A DNA stretch of 49,966 bases from a virus (Duplodnaviria; Caudoviricetes). Of this stretch, positions 25,863-36,827 are shown in pieces (positions within the stretch are counted from its first letter, which is position 1; each line of letters opens with the position of its first letter). The notes beneath the pieces were generated by a model that searched no databases, was not told the DNA's origin, and saw nothing but the letters and a program-made list of their open reading frames with translations. The stretch lies in the IMG/VR virus record IMGVR_UViG_3300017785_006608, positions 1-49,966 of that record. One strand, written 5' to 3'. Position numbers and translations under genes: made by a program.

Positions 25863-27950
25863 ATGGCGCGTCGTGCGAATCCCTACGGGATCCAGACGGA
25901 TGAGATCGAAGGCTACGGCGCGGGAACGTGGGCCGGCAACATCGGGACCGGAGCCATGTCCGGCGCGGCGACGGGTATGACGCTCGGGGGCGGCCCGTGG
26001 GGTGCCGTCGCAGGTGGCCTCATCGGCGGCGTGGCCGGTGGCGTCGCGACGGGCGCGGACGAGAAAGACTACAAGGCCGCGCAGGAGCAGCAGAACCAAC
26101 TCAAGCAGGACCTCGGCTCCCGTGACGTTTACGACAACCTGATCGCGCAGCAGGGTATCCGAGACTCTATCCAGATGGAGGCCGCGCAGACCGAGGCGGC
26201 CCAGGCGGGGAACCGCTACAACCTCACGGGCGCGTCTACAGCAGCCCTGCAAGCCAAGGCTGCTCGCGACCTGCAACTCCAGTCCTCTCTGGAACGCGGT
26301 CAGTTGTACCTCACCGCCCAGCAAATGGACCAGGCTCGCCGCGACCAGGTACTCCAGGAGTACGGGGCATCCCAGGAGCTCGCTAACAACGCGACGGCGA
26401 GCGCCGGTCAGAACATGGCCTCGCTTGGACAAGCGATGGGGGCCGCAGCGCAACTCGGGACGATGATGAAGTCGTCCAACGCCATCCCCTCCGTTGACTC
26501 GGCCCCCGTAGCCGGTCAGGACATGGGCTTGTCCTCGATGGGCAACGACCTGATGGCGCTTCCTGGGTCCGACCGGACGGGGACCGCCGCGGTGCCGGGT
26601 GCTGGCATGGACCCGGAAGCGGCGACGCGGATGCAGGCCGTCTCGCTCCAGGCGAAAGCCAACCCCACGATCCTCGCCAGTATGCAGGGACTATCCCCGC
26701 AAGAACAGGTTGCGATGGGAAAGGCGTACCCGGAGGCGTTCGGCGGAACCTACGTCGCTCCTCCGGTGGAGCAGAACTCCCTCGGTGGGACGCCCTACGA
26801 GAATCCGTATGTCACGGCCCCGACGATCGGTCGTGATGTGGGGGTTTCTACCTCCCCGGTAGCCTCGGGCGCGGCGGGCGCGGCGGGGGCCGGTTCCCGT
26901 TCTGGAAGCGGCAATAGCCGCACTGGGCGTGCGCCTACGCGCGTTGGTACGGGCCCCACGGGGGTCGGTGCCGTGCCGCCCGTGGTAGGCTACAAGGGGG
27001 CTCCCAGTGCGGGTAACGGGCCCCCCGTTTCCGGGGCTACCCCGCCCACCGGCATCCAGGAGGATACGCACGTTGCGGTCGCGAACCAGGACGCGGAAGC
27101 ACTTCTGTCGCGTACAAACGAGTACCAATACTACCCGACTTCGGAACAAGAGGATACTACGGTCTCTAACTCTGGTACGGCAGTTACCTCTGGTACAGCC
27201 GTAGACCCATACGAAAACAGGTTCACCGATCCGGTCGCCAATGTCATGTCCGGCGGGGGTTTCGGAGCCGCTTACAGGGGCTTCCGTGAGGCAACCTCTA
27301 ACCCCACCGTAGACGCTATCCGAAGCGACACCATCGACATTCCAAACCCGTTGACGGCTATCACGGACGCTCGTATGGCTGCTCGCCAGAACAGCATCGT
27401 GTTTCCGGAGTTCAATCCGGAAGGACCGCCAGCTTCCACCGCAACCCCGTCGGAGACTATGGTCATGGACGACTACGTCTATCAGCCTCCTCTCCAGCCC
27501 TCTGATCCCGAGTCGCAGCGTCAGGCGCTGGACGCTGGTATGGTCCAGGGGTCCTTCCGCGCGGGACAGATGGCTGACCGTCGCGAGAAGACGCGCACCC
27601 AGGAGGCCAAGCAGAAGGAAGCGCTCCAGACGGGGAGGGACGAGGCTCGCTCCCAAGCTACGGTCCAAGGTGCGGAGGAAGCGGCGGTGCTTGCCGACTC
27701 CCGGGAAGCGGCCAAGGCCGGAGACCGGCGTGAGTTGGCGACGGCGGGTCGTCAGGCCGCGGGACTGGACGCCGCGGATAAGAAGCTCGCCTCCAACACG
27801 GCTAAGGCCAGCCTGCCGGAGAAGCAGTCCATCTTCAGGGATTCCTACTCCAAGTGGAAGAAGCTCATGACTTCCCGCGGCGTAGATGAATCCGAGCTCA
27901 CTACCGAGAACTACATCGACTTCCTCGCGGAAGCGGAGGGACCCAACTAA
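25863..27950 (+). CDS. Internal virion (ejection) protein with glycine zipper
   Basis: GAMSGAATGMTLGGGPWGAVAGGLIGGVAG, Gln/Ala-rich helices, low-complexity middle. Confidence 0.75.
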   Translation: MARRANPYGIQTDEIEGYGAGTWAGNIGTGAMSGAATGMTLGGGPWGAVAGGLIGGVAGGVATGADEKDYKAAQEQQNQLKQDLGSRDVYDNLIAQQGIRDSIQMEAAQTEAAQAGNRYNLTGASTAALQAKAARDLQLQSSLERGQLYLTAQQMDQARRDQVLQEYGASQELANNATASAGQNMASLGQAMGAAAQLGTMMKSSNAIPSVDSAPVAGQDMGLSSMGNDLMALPGSDRTGTAAVPGAGMDPEAATRMQAVSLQAKANPTILASMQGLSPQEQVAMGKAYPEAFGGTYVAPPVEQNSLGGTPYENPYVTAPTIGRDVGVSTSPVASGAAGAAGAGSRSGSGNSRTGRAPTRVGTGPTGVGAVPPVVGYKGAPSAGNGPPVSGATPPTGIQEDTHVAVANQDAEALLSRTNEYQYYPTSEQEDTTVSNSGTAVTSGTAVDPYENRFTDPVANVMSGGGFGAAYRGFREATSNPTVDAIRSDTIDIPNPLTAITDARMAARQNSIVFPEFNPEGPPASTATPSETMVMDDYVYQPPLQPSDPESQRQALDAGMVQGSFRAGQMADRREKTRTQEAKQKEALQTGRDEARSQATVQGAEEAAVLADSREAAKAGDRRELATAGRQAAGLDAADKKLASNTAKASLPEKQSIFRDSYSKWKKLMTSRGVDESELTTENYIDFLAEAEGPN

Positions 27951-29071
27951 TGGCTACCGTTACCTACAACCAAGCCGGTACGTCCGGTGCGTTCAAAGCC
28001 GTCGCGGGGACCATCGGTGGGTTCATCGAAGGTGAGAAGTTCAACGAGGGCAAGCGTCAGTTCAACGAAACCCTCGGCCTGGAGAAGGACAAGTTCAAGG
28101 AGAACCAGGTCCAGTGGGACGAGGACATGGAGTACCGGTTCACCAACCTCCGGCAGATGGCCGAGGACAACCGGCTCAACCGTGCCCAGGCGGACAAGTT
28201 CAACTCGATGGCGGACATTCGCGCGCGCGAGATGCAGCGCGCAGGGTTCGACTTCCAGGAGTACTTCACCAAGAAGATCGAGCAACCGTTCGCCGCGGAG
28301 CAGAACGAAGCCGACCGCAAGGTCACGAGGCGCGGCCAGAGCCTCCAGTACGCGGAGGGGATGGACTCGAACCTCAAGCAGTACCGTGCGTCCATGACGG
28401 CGCTGGAAGAGCAGAAGCGCCAGCATCAGTCAGATTCCGGTACCGCCATCACGATCGGGACGGAGATCCTGGGCGACCTCGCCTACATGTCCATGCCTCC
28501 GGAGCAGCAGGCGGCAGCGCTCCAGAGGGCGACGGAGAAGTACATCGGACTTGGCCGCGTCCGCGGCTCAGAAGGGGTCACGCAGACCACGGCCGAGGAG
28601 TACTCGGCCGCCGAAGATCACATGCGGGACGTGCTGCTCAACCTCCCGGCTCGCAAGGCGACCTACGTCGACGAGCAGATGAAGATGGCGTCGATTCAGT
28701 CCGGCCTGCGTAACGGTATCCAGGTGTCGACCACTGGCTCCGGACAGATGTCTTTCCTGCCGGCTACTCCGTCCTGGAATGCGGCGGGGTTCGGCGTCCC
28801 CGACCGGGACCCGAACGCGATGACTCCAAACGACAACCAGCTTCATGGGGAAATGCTCGCCAAGCTGGCTGAGATTCGAGTCAAGCACAAGACCGAAGGC
28901 TGGGACCAGTACGGGGCGGACCTCCAGATGAACATGGCACGCCCCGAGTTGACGGGCATCATCGGCCAGATGCACGACAAGAGCCCTTACGTTCAAGAGT
29001 ACTACGACAAGATGCTCCAGGCCGTGATCTACCCTGAGTCCGGCGGCATTGAATCCCTCCAGGTCGAATAG
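27950..29071 (+). CDS. Internal virion (ejection) protein
   Basis: KRQFNETLGLEKDKF-type Gln/Glu-rich helical segments; position. Confidence 0.7.
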   Translation: MATVTYNQAGTSGAFKAVAGTIGGFIEGEKFNEGKRQFNETLGLEKDKFKENQVQWDEDMEYRFTNLRQMAEDNRLNRAQADKFNSMADIRAREMQRAGFDFQEYFTKKIEQPFAAEQNEADRKVTRRGQSLQYAEGMDSNLKQYRASMTALEEQKRQHQSDSGTAITIGTEILGDLAYMSMPPEQQAAALQRATEKYIGLGRVRGSEGVTQTTAEEYSAAEDHMRDVLLNLPARKATYVDEQMKMASIQSGLRNGIQVSTTGSGQMSFLPATPSWNAAGFGVPDRDPNAMTPNDNQLHGEMLAKLAEIRVKHKTEGWDQYGADLQMNMARPELTGIIGQMHDKSPYVQEYYDKMLQAVIYPESGGIESLQVE

Positions 29072-29080
29072 GATACCACT

Positions 29081-32000
29081 ATGGCGATGACTCCCGAAGA
29101 GATGAAGCAGGCCGCGCTCGCCAAGCTCGCGGTCGGCTACGAGGATGACAACAGCGAGAACGACGAAGTCGATCCCGCGAAGGTCAAGCGGGCGGGCTAT
29201 CAGGCGCTGGAGTACAACCGCGTCAAGGTGGAAGCACGTCAGGCTTTTAGTCGGGGTCAGATCAGCAAAGCGGAGTACGACGGCTACATCGCTGGCGACC
29301 GCTCCAACATCCTCCAGAAGATGATCTTCGACGCGCCCGCGGAGTTAATCACGGGCAAGGAGTACACCAACCGGGAAGCTACCGGCGGGACGTTGGAGAC
29401 GATCGGGGACATCCTTTCTATCCCGAACTACCTCGTCGCCAGCGTGTCGAAGGCCACACTGGAGTCCGGCTACGACGTGGGACCGTTCAAGCTTGGCTTC
29501 TCTCCTGAGTCGTTCTTCGACGCATGGAACAGCAAGACCGACTTCATGAAGCTGTTCGACGAGTACGACGTCCTGGGCGAGGAGGGCAGCAAGGCCAACT
29601 TCGTGGGCGGGCTCGCCGCGGACATCCTCCTGGACCCCACCACCTACCTCACCTTCGGTGTGAGTTCCGGTTCCCGAGTGGTGCTCAAGGAGTCCTCGCA
29701 GGCAGGCTCCAAGCTCATCGCCAAGGGCGTCAAGACTACCAACCCCGGGCAGGTGGACGCTACGCTCACTCGCTTCGGCCGCAAGATTTACGGCATGGCC
29801 GCGGAGGACCTCAACGGGAAGTACGCCGCCAAGACCGCGGCCCGTCAGGAGGAACGACTGGCGGCGGGGATGGAGCCCCTCCACATGCTCGACGAGAAGC
29901 TGGCGCGCGAGTGGCACCAGGAGATCGGCGAGTACATGACCGAGCACTTCGACGATCTCCAGCAGCGACTCGCTACCCGCGTCGTAGGTGGACGTACCGG
30001 CGTGCGCGGTCGTATCCTCAACGGGATCGAGAAGGCGGCGCCGTTCCTGCCGGGGACGGACGCTAACTTGGACGCGATCATCAAGCGGACCAGTGACGCC
30101 ACGAAGCGGACGGCCGCGATGTTCGGTGCCGCCGCGGAGCGTAAGGCGTCGTGGGTCCTGGACCACACGGTCGACGACATGTTCCAGGAGACCGCTTCCG
30201 CCCTCAAGAAGGAGGTAGGGCTCTACAACACCACGAAGATGCAGCACGCCCTGGCTAACGCTCCGCTGATCGGGCAGAGCATGAAGGGCTTCTTCAACGT
30301 CTTCGACGCGGGATGGAATGCGTCTCCGGACGTGGTGGAGGCGGTGCGCTTCTCCAAGGTCGAGGCCCAGCGGGCGACGGATGCCAGCCACGCGGCCTAC
30401 TCCGCGAGTGAGTTGGGCAAGGCTACGGACCAAGAACTCGACTACGTCGCCCGCGTAGTTGAAGCTCGTGGCATCCGGAAGGCATCGAAGGGAAAGGACA
30501 TCCCCAAGAAGCTGGTCACCGAGTCGCTGATGGATCCTCATGCCGAGCTCTTCGACGAAGCGTCCAACGCGATGGTCAAGAACGACAACTACGGCAAGCC
30601 CCTCCTGAATGCGGACGGTACTCCGCGCACGAGGGACATCATGGTGGACGATCTGGAGGCGGACGTTCAGGGCCCCCTCGGCGCCTTCATGGACCTCACT
30701 CCCCGCGTCCAGAAGATGGTGGACTTCTTCGAGAAGGAGATGGACGACATCCTCCAGATCGAGAAGAAGCGCGGCTTCGACGTGGGTAACGTCGAGGGTT
30801 ACGTCAATCGCGTCTACAAGGATCCGAAGGCGCGTGAGTTGGTCATGGACCTCGTGCTCAAGAAGCACGGACAAGACTCCGTCCGCTCGGCCAACAAGTT
30901 CGTCCAGCAGCGGATGATCGCTACGATCAACGACGTGGAAGAGTTGTTCGGCAAGGGCGCACTGGAGATGAACGCGCTCAAGCTGCTCAAGATCCGCAAG
31001 CGCGCGAGCATCGAGATGCTCGCCACGGACAAGCTGCTCCAGACGGTGGCCCGCGACCATGGCGTCGCCGAGTCCATCATCAGTGACCTCAAGCGGGGAA
31101 TGCCGGATGGCATGGTCCGAGGGGTGATCACCAAGCTCAAGGAGAGTGTTCACCAGGTCGTCGCGGCAGACCAGGTCTACCGCACGGCAAAGGGAAACCT
31201 GACCAAGCTCGGGTTCGAGGAGGGAAACAACGCCCGTAACCGGGAGCTCCTCGAGTACCTGATGCAGCCCAACAGTCCGGAGGGCAAGTACTCCGAGAAG
31301 TGGAAGGAGGTCGCTGAGCGACTCCAGTTGCCGCAGGACGCTCAGCTTCACCGGGCCGGTGAGACTAAGTCGGCGCTGCCGACCACGTTCAAGTACAAGG
31401 AGGCTCCGCGCGGCTCCATGTCCGTGGGCAAGGGCGTCTACCGCTGGGCGACCGGGGATGGCTTTACGGCCATGCCGGTCACCGAAGCCCTCAAGATGAT
31501 CCAGGACCCCAACCACCCGGCGTGGGCTCGCGTGTTCCAGAACTCCATCGGTGGGACCGAGCAGAAGTTCGAGCGCGTCAACGGGCTGCTCGCCGGCCTG
31601 GACCGATACACCCGCAAGCACCTCGACTCGCAGTTGGAGGGCTTCATGCCCGACGTGCGTGAGCGGGTCTTGAGTGCGTGGGAGAAGAACAGTCCCAAGG
31701 AAGTCGTTGCCTCCCCCAACAACCAGTCCGTAGAAGAACTGATCGATATCGCCCTCGGGAAGAAGGATGGCAGCTACAGGGCTGGCAACATCTCCTACTC
31801 CCGAAAGGCTGTTCCCAACGGGACGGATCCTGAAGAACTGGAATCGCTGCTGAAGAGCAACCCCACCACCTCTGCCCGCACTCTCTCCATGATGGTGGAC
31901 CTTCGCACGAAGGATCCTGTCAACAAGGCTATTGCCAAGCGACTGAGTGAAGTGATCGGCGATGAAGTTAGGGTACGACTGGTAAACGGGGCATCAGAAG

Positions 32001-35000
32001 TCCCAGAGGCCGCCAGCGCGGTCTTCGATCCCAACAAGAACGAGATCCTGTTCCGTGGGTTCGATGATGCTTTCCAGTCCGGGTTGGACGAACATACGGT
32101 GCTGCATGAGCTTACTCACGCAGCCACGTACTACTCTTACCACAACGCGGACGCGACCCCGGTGATCAAGGCCGCCCAGGTGGACCTTACAAACATGCTC
32201 GTCTCTGTGCGAGACGAGATCATCCATTCCGGAACCGACCTCTCTGAAGAGCTCGTCCGCGACTTCCGGTACTACACCAGCAACGTAGATGAGTTGCTGG
32301 CCGGGACTTTCTCGGACCCCAAGTTCCGGGACTACCTCAAGAAGATTCCGGGGGAGAAGAAGTCCAAGGGTGCCCTCACCAGGATGTGGGACAAGTTTGT
32401 CACTACCCTCGGTAACCTGCTTGGCATCAGCCCGAACGAGAGTACCGCCCTTGGCGATATTCTCGGTCGTGGCAACCAACTGATGGAGGACAAGTCCGGA
32501 CCCGAGATTCTTCGTGCCGGCTCCTACATGGATGGTGAGAAGCTCCCGGCTTCACTGGCCAAGGTCAAGGACCCCAACGAGACGTTCAACAAGTTCATGG
32601 ACCAGTTGGCCGCGCCGCTCGAAGTCCGCAAGCTGGAAGGACAGTTCACCCAGCCGATGGTGGACTACTTCCGCGCTGTCCGTCGCAAGTTCGGTATCTA
32701 CACCGACACCGCGTCGCCGACCAAGACCCAGCGCGAGGAGATCACGGAGCTCGCCGGCAAGGTGGGTCTATCGCCGGCGAACCTCAAGGACATCTACACG
32801 CACTTGTGGAACGACGGGGAGATCAAGACGGCGGGGCAGGCTGACCAGGCCATCAAGCTCCTGCGCGGCGAGGTTTACCCCGGCGACGACTCGTCCGAGA
32901 CGGTCAAGTTCGTGCTGGAGTTCACGCCCTCGAAGAACAACCCGCTCGCCCCGCTCGCCGACCCTGCCCTCCAGATGGCCGAGGGCCGGGTACCGGGACG
33001 ATCCGCCCTGGGGCAGACGCTCAAGAACGTCCGCGACCCGGCGATGGCGGCGGGGGTAGTTCCCCCGGACGTGATGGTCGCGGGTGACCAGGGTCTGCCC
33101 GGAACCTCCACCATCGGTCGTCAGGGCCCGTCCCCGCAGTCGGACGCCCTGGGCGACGAGCTTCGGACGTCTACCATCCAGGCAGAGGAGACTCTGCCCG
33201 GCAATATCCAGACGGCCGAGACTCGCATCGCCGAACTCCAGAAGCTTCTGGACGCGTCGAAGGCCGAGCAGGCTCCGACCAAGACGAAGAAAGGTCTGAC
33301 CAAGCGGGCCGCGGACGCGAAGAAGGACTACGACTACAGCAAGACTCTGGTCAAGCAGACCATCGAGGACCATAAGGCGCTGCGGGAGTCGGGTAAGGAA
33401 GTCACCGACGCGATGAAGAAGGAGAAGGAGCGTCGCATCGCGCAGCGCCAGAAGGACAAGAACCGCTTCCTCAAGGTCCAGGTCGAACTCACCGAGAGCA
33501 AGACGACGGCGAAGGATGCGAACCGTGGCGTCAAGGCGACGAGTAAGTACGTCCGCGATCTCGAACGGACGTTGAAGAAGGAACAGTCCAACCTCACTCG
33601 CCTGCAAGCGGACTCGGCGGCCCGCGGCGAGGGAGCTCCCCTCGGCGAAATGGATAAGTTGGGCCGACCGAAGGGCGAGTCCAAGGTCGGCGGTGTCAAG
33701 AAGGAGCCGGTCAAGAATCCGAACCAGCCGATCAAGGTCCCCATCTACGTGGACCAAGGGACGGCGAGGCTGCTCCAGGACATGATGGCGCCGGACATCG
33801 ACCCTCAGTGGTCGAGCTTGACGCGCCAGATGGTCATCGGCTTCGACAAGGTCCAGAGCTTCTTCAAGTCCAACCTGCTGCTGCCGTGGACTGGGTCCTG
33901 GGCCCGTAACGGGATCGGTAACGTCGCGATGGCCTACATGAAGGCTGGCATCGGGATGTTCCACCCGCAGAAGATGGACAACTACTGGGACGCGATGACG
34001 CTCATCCTGGGCAAGTACTCGGACCTGCCGGAGACGGTCGGCGCCCGGCGCGCGAACCTGGACATGATCAGCCAGAAGATGGTCAAGGCTGCCGGCGGTC
34101 GACAGGTCAAGCTCGGCGACCTCGTCGAAGAGATGGCGATGCGCGGCGTGTTCAAAGCGTCCGTGTCCGACGACGTTCTGTCCGGCGTCACGGCGGGCGG
34201 GCGCGCGGCGGCGGCGGTGTCCGGTGGCGCGGCGGGAGCCATGGCGGGGGCCCTGGCCGGGGCCCTGGCGCCCGCTCCCGCCGAGGGGGAACCCGATACC
34301 TGGCGCAACGCAGCGAGCCTCCTGGGAGGGCTTGCCGGGGCCGGCTTGGGGGCTCGTAGCGTGAAGGGGGCGGGCAAGCTGGACAAGGTGATGAACGTCG
34401 CGAGCGAGACGCTTCAGTCCAACTGGAAGCCTTTCCTCCGGCGCGGGGAGATGGCGACGGAGATCCCCGTCCGGATGGCGCTGTTCATGTCCGAGTTCCA
34501 ACGGACGGGATCAACGGCCGAAGCCGCTACCTCCGTCTACCGTCACCTCAACGACTGGAACTCCCTGGGCGTAACTGAACGGCGTTACATCCGGCGCGCG
34601 ATCCCGTTCTACAACTGGACCAAGCTCGCGATCAAGCAGACGTTCTTCACCATGTTGGAGGAGCCGGGCCGGCTGAACAACATGCTCAAGACGGTGCGGG
34701 ACTGGAATGAGTCCGAGCACGTCGACCCCGAGGACATCCCCGACTACCTGCACGAGAAGCTGGTCATGGTCGGGAGCGTGCTGGGTAAGAAGTACAGCGT
34801 CTCCGGGGTGGGACTCCCCATCGAGGATGTGTCCGAGATGGCGAACATGATCCTGCCGGGCACGACCAACTTCCGTAAGGAAGTGGGGGAGTTCTCGCAG
34901 GGTCTCATTCGACGGTCGTCGTTCGTGCCAGCCTCCATCATTGAGGGGCTCACGAACACGGATTCGTTTACGGGGGGTACCATCACCCCGGACGTGGAGA

Positions 35001-35461
35001 ACGGGGTCTTTACGACCCGCTTCATGGACGGGAACAAGTGGGAGACGGCCCCGTCCTGGATGAAGACCCTCGTGGGCTACCGGCCCGCAACTGCGTCCAC
35101 GCAGGCGGTGGTCAATCCCACGATGGCATGGCTGATGGGGGAAGCCCCGGTGAGCCGGTTCCTCACGGTGGCACGTCAGGTCTACGATAGCGAGGACCCG
35201 ACTAAGCTCAATCACTTGGCTCTGGCGCGCACGGTCTTGGGAGCCAGCGTCTACCGGGTGAACCCGCAGGACGGACGCTACTACATCAACAAGGGTCGCA
35301 TCGACAAGATGAAGAACCTGCTCGCCAATGTCGGCGCCCTCAAGACCTACGAGGGGTTCGTAGACATGACAAAGGAGGACGCCGATTTCTCGACGTCCTC
35401 CGGAAGGGGGCGGGGAGGGTCGCGGGGCCCCGGTGATCGAGGCCCCGCGCGGAGGGGTTAG
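29081..35461 (+). CDS. Large internal virion / polyvalent protein with zincin-like metallopeptidase module
   Basis: 2126 aa; DILLDPTTYL N-terminal motif, TVLHELTHA...DELLA (HExxH), glycine zipper, and an ERRYIRRAIPFYNW C-terminal domain. Confidence 0.85.
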   Translation: MAMTPEEMKQAALAKLAVGYEDDNSENDEVDPAKVKRAGYQALEYNRVKVEARQAFSRGQISKAEYDGYIAGDRSNILQKMIFDAPAELITGKEYTNREATGGTLETIGDILSIPNYLVASVSKATLESGYDVGPFKLGFSPESFFDAWNSKTDFMKLFDEYDVLGEEGSKANFVGGLAADILLDPTTYLTFGVSSGSRVVLKESSQAGSKLIAKGVKTTNPGQVDATLTRFGRKIYGMAAEDLNGKYAAKTAARQEERLAAGMEPLHMLDEKLAREWHQEIGEYMTEHFDDLQQRLATRVVGGRTGVRGRILNGIEKAAPFLPGTDANLDAIIKRTSDATKRTAAMFGAAAERKASWVLDHTVDDMFQETASALKKEVGLYNTTKMQHALANAPLIGQSMKGFFNVFDAGWNASPDVVEAVRFSKVEAQRATDASHAAYSASELGKATDQELDYVARVVEARGIRKASKGKDIPKKLVTESLMDPHAELFDEASNAMVKNDNYGKPLLNADGTPRTRDIMVDDLEADVQGPLGAFMDLTPRVQKMVDFFEKEMDDILQIEKKRGFDVGNVEGYVNRVYKDPKARELVMDLVLKKHGQDSVRSANKFVQQRMIATINDVEELFGKGALEMNALKLLKIRKRASIEMLATDKLLQTVARDHGVAESIISDLKRGMPDGMVRGVITKLKESVHQVVAADQVYRTAKGNLTKLGFEEGNNARNRELLEYLMQPNSPEGKYSEKWKEVAERLQLPQDAQLHRAGETKSALPTTFKYKEAPRGSMSVGKGVYRWATGDGFTAMPVTEALKMIQDPNHPAWARVFQNSIGGTEQKFERVNGLLAGLDRYTRKHLDSQLEGFMPDVRERVLSAWEKNSPKEVVASPNNQSVEELIDIALGKKDGSYRAGNISYSRKAVPNGTDPEELESLLKSNPTTSARTLSMMVDLRTKDPVNKAIAKRLSEVIGDEVRVRLVNGASEVPEAASAVFDPNKNEILFRGFDDAFQSGLDEHTVLHELTHAATYYSYHNADATPVIKAAQVDLTNMLVSVRDEIIHSGTDLSEELVRDFRYYTSNVDELLAGTFSDPKFRDYLKKIPGEKKSKGALTRMWDKFVTTLGNLLGISPNESTALGDILGRGNQLMEDKSGPEILRAGSYMDGEKLPASLAKVKDPNETFNKFMDQLAAPLEVRKLEGQFTQPMVDYFRAVRRKFGIYTDTASPTKTQREEITELAGKVGLSPANLKDIYTHLWNDGEIKTAGQADQAIKLLRGEVYPGDDSSETVKFVLEFTPSKNNPLAPLADPALQMAEGRVPGRSALGQTLKNVRDPAMAAGVVPPDVMVAGDQGLPGTSTIGRQGPSPQSDALGDELRTSTIQAEETLPGNIQTAETRIAELQKLLDASKAEQAPTKTKKGLTKRAADAKKDYDYSKTLVKQTIEDHKALRESGKEVTDAMKKEKERRIAQRQKDKNRFLKVQVELTESKTTAKDANRGVKATSKYVRDLERTLKKEQSNLTRLQADSAARGEGAPLGEMDKLGRPKGESKVGGVKKEPVKNPNQPIKVPIYVDQGTARLLQDMMAPDIDPQWSSLTRQMVIGFDKVQSFFKSNLLLPWTGSWARNGIGNVAMAYMKAGIGMFHPQKMDNYWDAMTLILGKYSDLPETVGARRANLDMISQKMVKAAGGRQVKLGDLVEEMAMRGVFKASVSDDVLSGVTAGGRAAAAVSGGAAGAMAGALAGALAPAPAEGEPDTWRNAASLLGGLAGAGLGARSVKGAGKLDKVMNVASETLQSNWKPFLRRGEMATEIPVRMALFMSEFQRTGSTAEAATSVYRHLNDWNSLGVTERRYIRRAIPFYNWTKLAIKQTFFTMLEEPGRLNNMLKTVRDWNESEHVDPEDIPDYLHEKLVMVGSVLGKKYSVSGVGLPIEDVSEMANMILPGTTNFRKEVGEFSQGLIRRSSFVPASIIEGLTNTDSFTGGTITPDVENGVFTTRFMDGNKWETAPSWMKTLVGYRPATASTQAVVNPTMAWLMGEAPVSRFLTVARQVYDSEDPTKLNHLALARTVLGASVYRVNPQDGRYYINKGRIDKMKNLLANVGALKTYEGFVDMTKEDADFSTSSGRGRGGSRGPGDRGPARRG

Positions 35462-35862
35462 CAGACCTTCCCGTGCTTGTACGACCTGGAGCGGTTGTGC
35501 TTCATCTTGGCGACCAGCACCTCGATGAACTCGTCCCGCTTGCCGATCGCACCCACGAGGTCGAAGACCCGGATGACAATGTCGGCGAGCTCGGAGAGGA
35601 AACCTTCGATCTTGCCGGCCTTGGGGCCGTCGATGATCTTGGAGGTCCGCATCCCTTCGGGACCTTCCCGGTACGCCTCCAGCGCCTCACTCACTTCGGA
35701 GTGAATGAGACAGAGCTTCTCGGGGATGGTCTTCTCGACGGCCGTGGGCAAGACGCAGTCGTTCTTGTTGTCCCACTGGCCATCCCAGAACCCGTGGTCC
35801 CGGGCGTTGCCGTGGGCTTCGTCGATGTACTGGTGAAGGCTGTTGTAGATGTCGATGGCCAT
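35458..35862 (-). CDS. MazG-like nucleotide pyrophosphohydrolase
   Basis: LCLIHSEVSEALEAYR...SELADIVIRVFDL...KMKHNRSRSYKHGK. Confidence 0.92.
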   Translation of the reverse strand: MAIDIYNSLHQYIDEAHGNARDHGFWDGQWDNKNDCVLPTAVEKTIPEKLCLIHSEVSEALEAYREGPEGMRTSKIIDGPKAGKIEGFLSELADIVIRVFDLVGAIGKRDEFIEVLVAKMKHNRSRSYKHGKVC

Positions 35863-36827
35863 CAGTTCCTCTTGGCGGCGGCTTCCAGTTCCGCCATGGT
35901 CTTGATGCGGACTTCCGCGACCCCGCGCTGGACCGCGGCCTGGTTGATGGGACCAGTGGCGAGCCCGGGATCGCGCTCGTCGCCGATGTGGAGAGCACGC
36001 CCGTCCGCGGACTCGAAGACCGCGTCGATGCCCCGCGTCCCGAAGTCCACGATGGTCAGGTCCGCGGGGTTCCGGTCGGGCACGGCCCGGCCGCCCTTGA
36101 AGTCACCCGCGACGAACGCGGCGAGCGTCTGCGACATGACCTGCACCGTCTCGCCCATGTTGGTCTGGGCATCCCGCACGGCTGCGACCTGCGCGCGGGA
36201 GTTCTTGTCCAGGAACGCACCCGCGCGGTAGAGCACGTCCATCGGGACGATGAGCAGCTTCTCGAACGCCTGCTGCTTGAGCACGTTGGGGTACGGTCCC
36301 TGCAACGTCGCCGCGAGCGCAGCAAGCTGCGCGTCGGTGAGGTCGTTGCCGTCCCGGAGCGCTTCGTCCCCGATCCGCATGATCGCGGAGAGGTTGTTCT
36401 TCTTCGTGGTCCGGTCGATGCCCATCGAGGTGAGCTCCCGGAGGATGGGATCCTCCTCCGGCTCGGGATCCTCGGTGTAGCGGGGCGGATCGCGATTCTC
36501 CTCCAGCTTGGGCTCGTTCCGGCGCGGGGCGGGGGGCTCGATCACGACCTGGTCGCGGGGGGCGATGACCTTGCCCCCCAGGGCCTTGGCGACCTCGGCC
36601 GCGATGTGAGCTTCACGCTCACGGTTCAGGCGCTTGTGGCGCTGCTCATCCGTCTCGGGCGGCGGCTTGGGCGGCGACGGGGGCGCGTCGTCGACGACGA
36701 ACTGGAGGAGGAAGGAGCCGAGCAGGGGCGGCACCTCGAAGTGTTCCCCCGGCTGCTTGCCGTAGACGATGACTTTGACCCCGTCGAGATCGACCGAGGT
36801 AATATAGGGAATGACCAGCTTCTTCAC
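35862..36827 (-). CDS. Hypothetical protein
   Basis: 321-aa ORF, high GC3, AAGGAG SD. Confidence 0.85.
   Translation of the reverse strand: MKKLVIPYITSVDLDGVKVIVYGKQPGEHFEVPPLLGSFLLQFVVDDAPPSPPKPPPETDEQRHKRLNREREAHIAAEVAKALGGKVIAPRDQVVIEPPAPRRNEPKLEENRDPPRYTEDPEPEEDPILRELTSMGIDRTTKKNNLSAIMRIGDEALRDGNDLTDAQLAALAATLQGPYPNVLKQQAFEKLLIVPMDVLYRAGAFLDKNSRAQVAAVRDAQTNMGETVQVMSQTLAAFVAGDFKGGRAVPDRNPADLTIVDFGTRGIDAVFESADGRALHIGDERDPGLATGPINQAAVQRGVAEVRIKTMAELEAAAKRN

Noticed and set aside
29345-34501. Long antisense ORFs (758 aa, 577 aa; likewise 20974..22572, 14618..15838, 45946..47259, 20..973)
   Set aside because: Codon-aligned shadows of high-GC3 genes, with the typical V/L/H/G-rich composition and no SD or motifs.
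29081-35461. Virion RNA polymerase in the giant protein
   Set aside because: No DxDGD/DFDID or T7/N4-type polymerase motifs seen.
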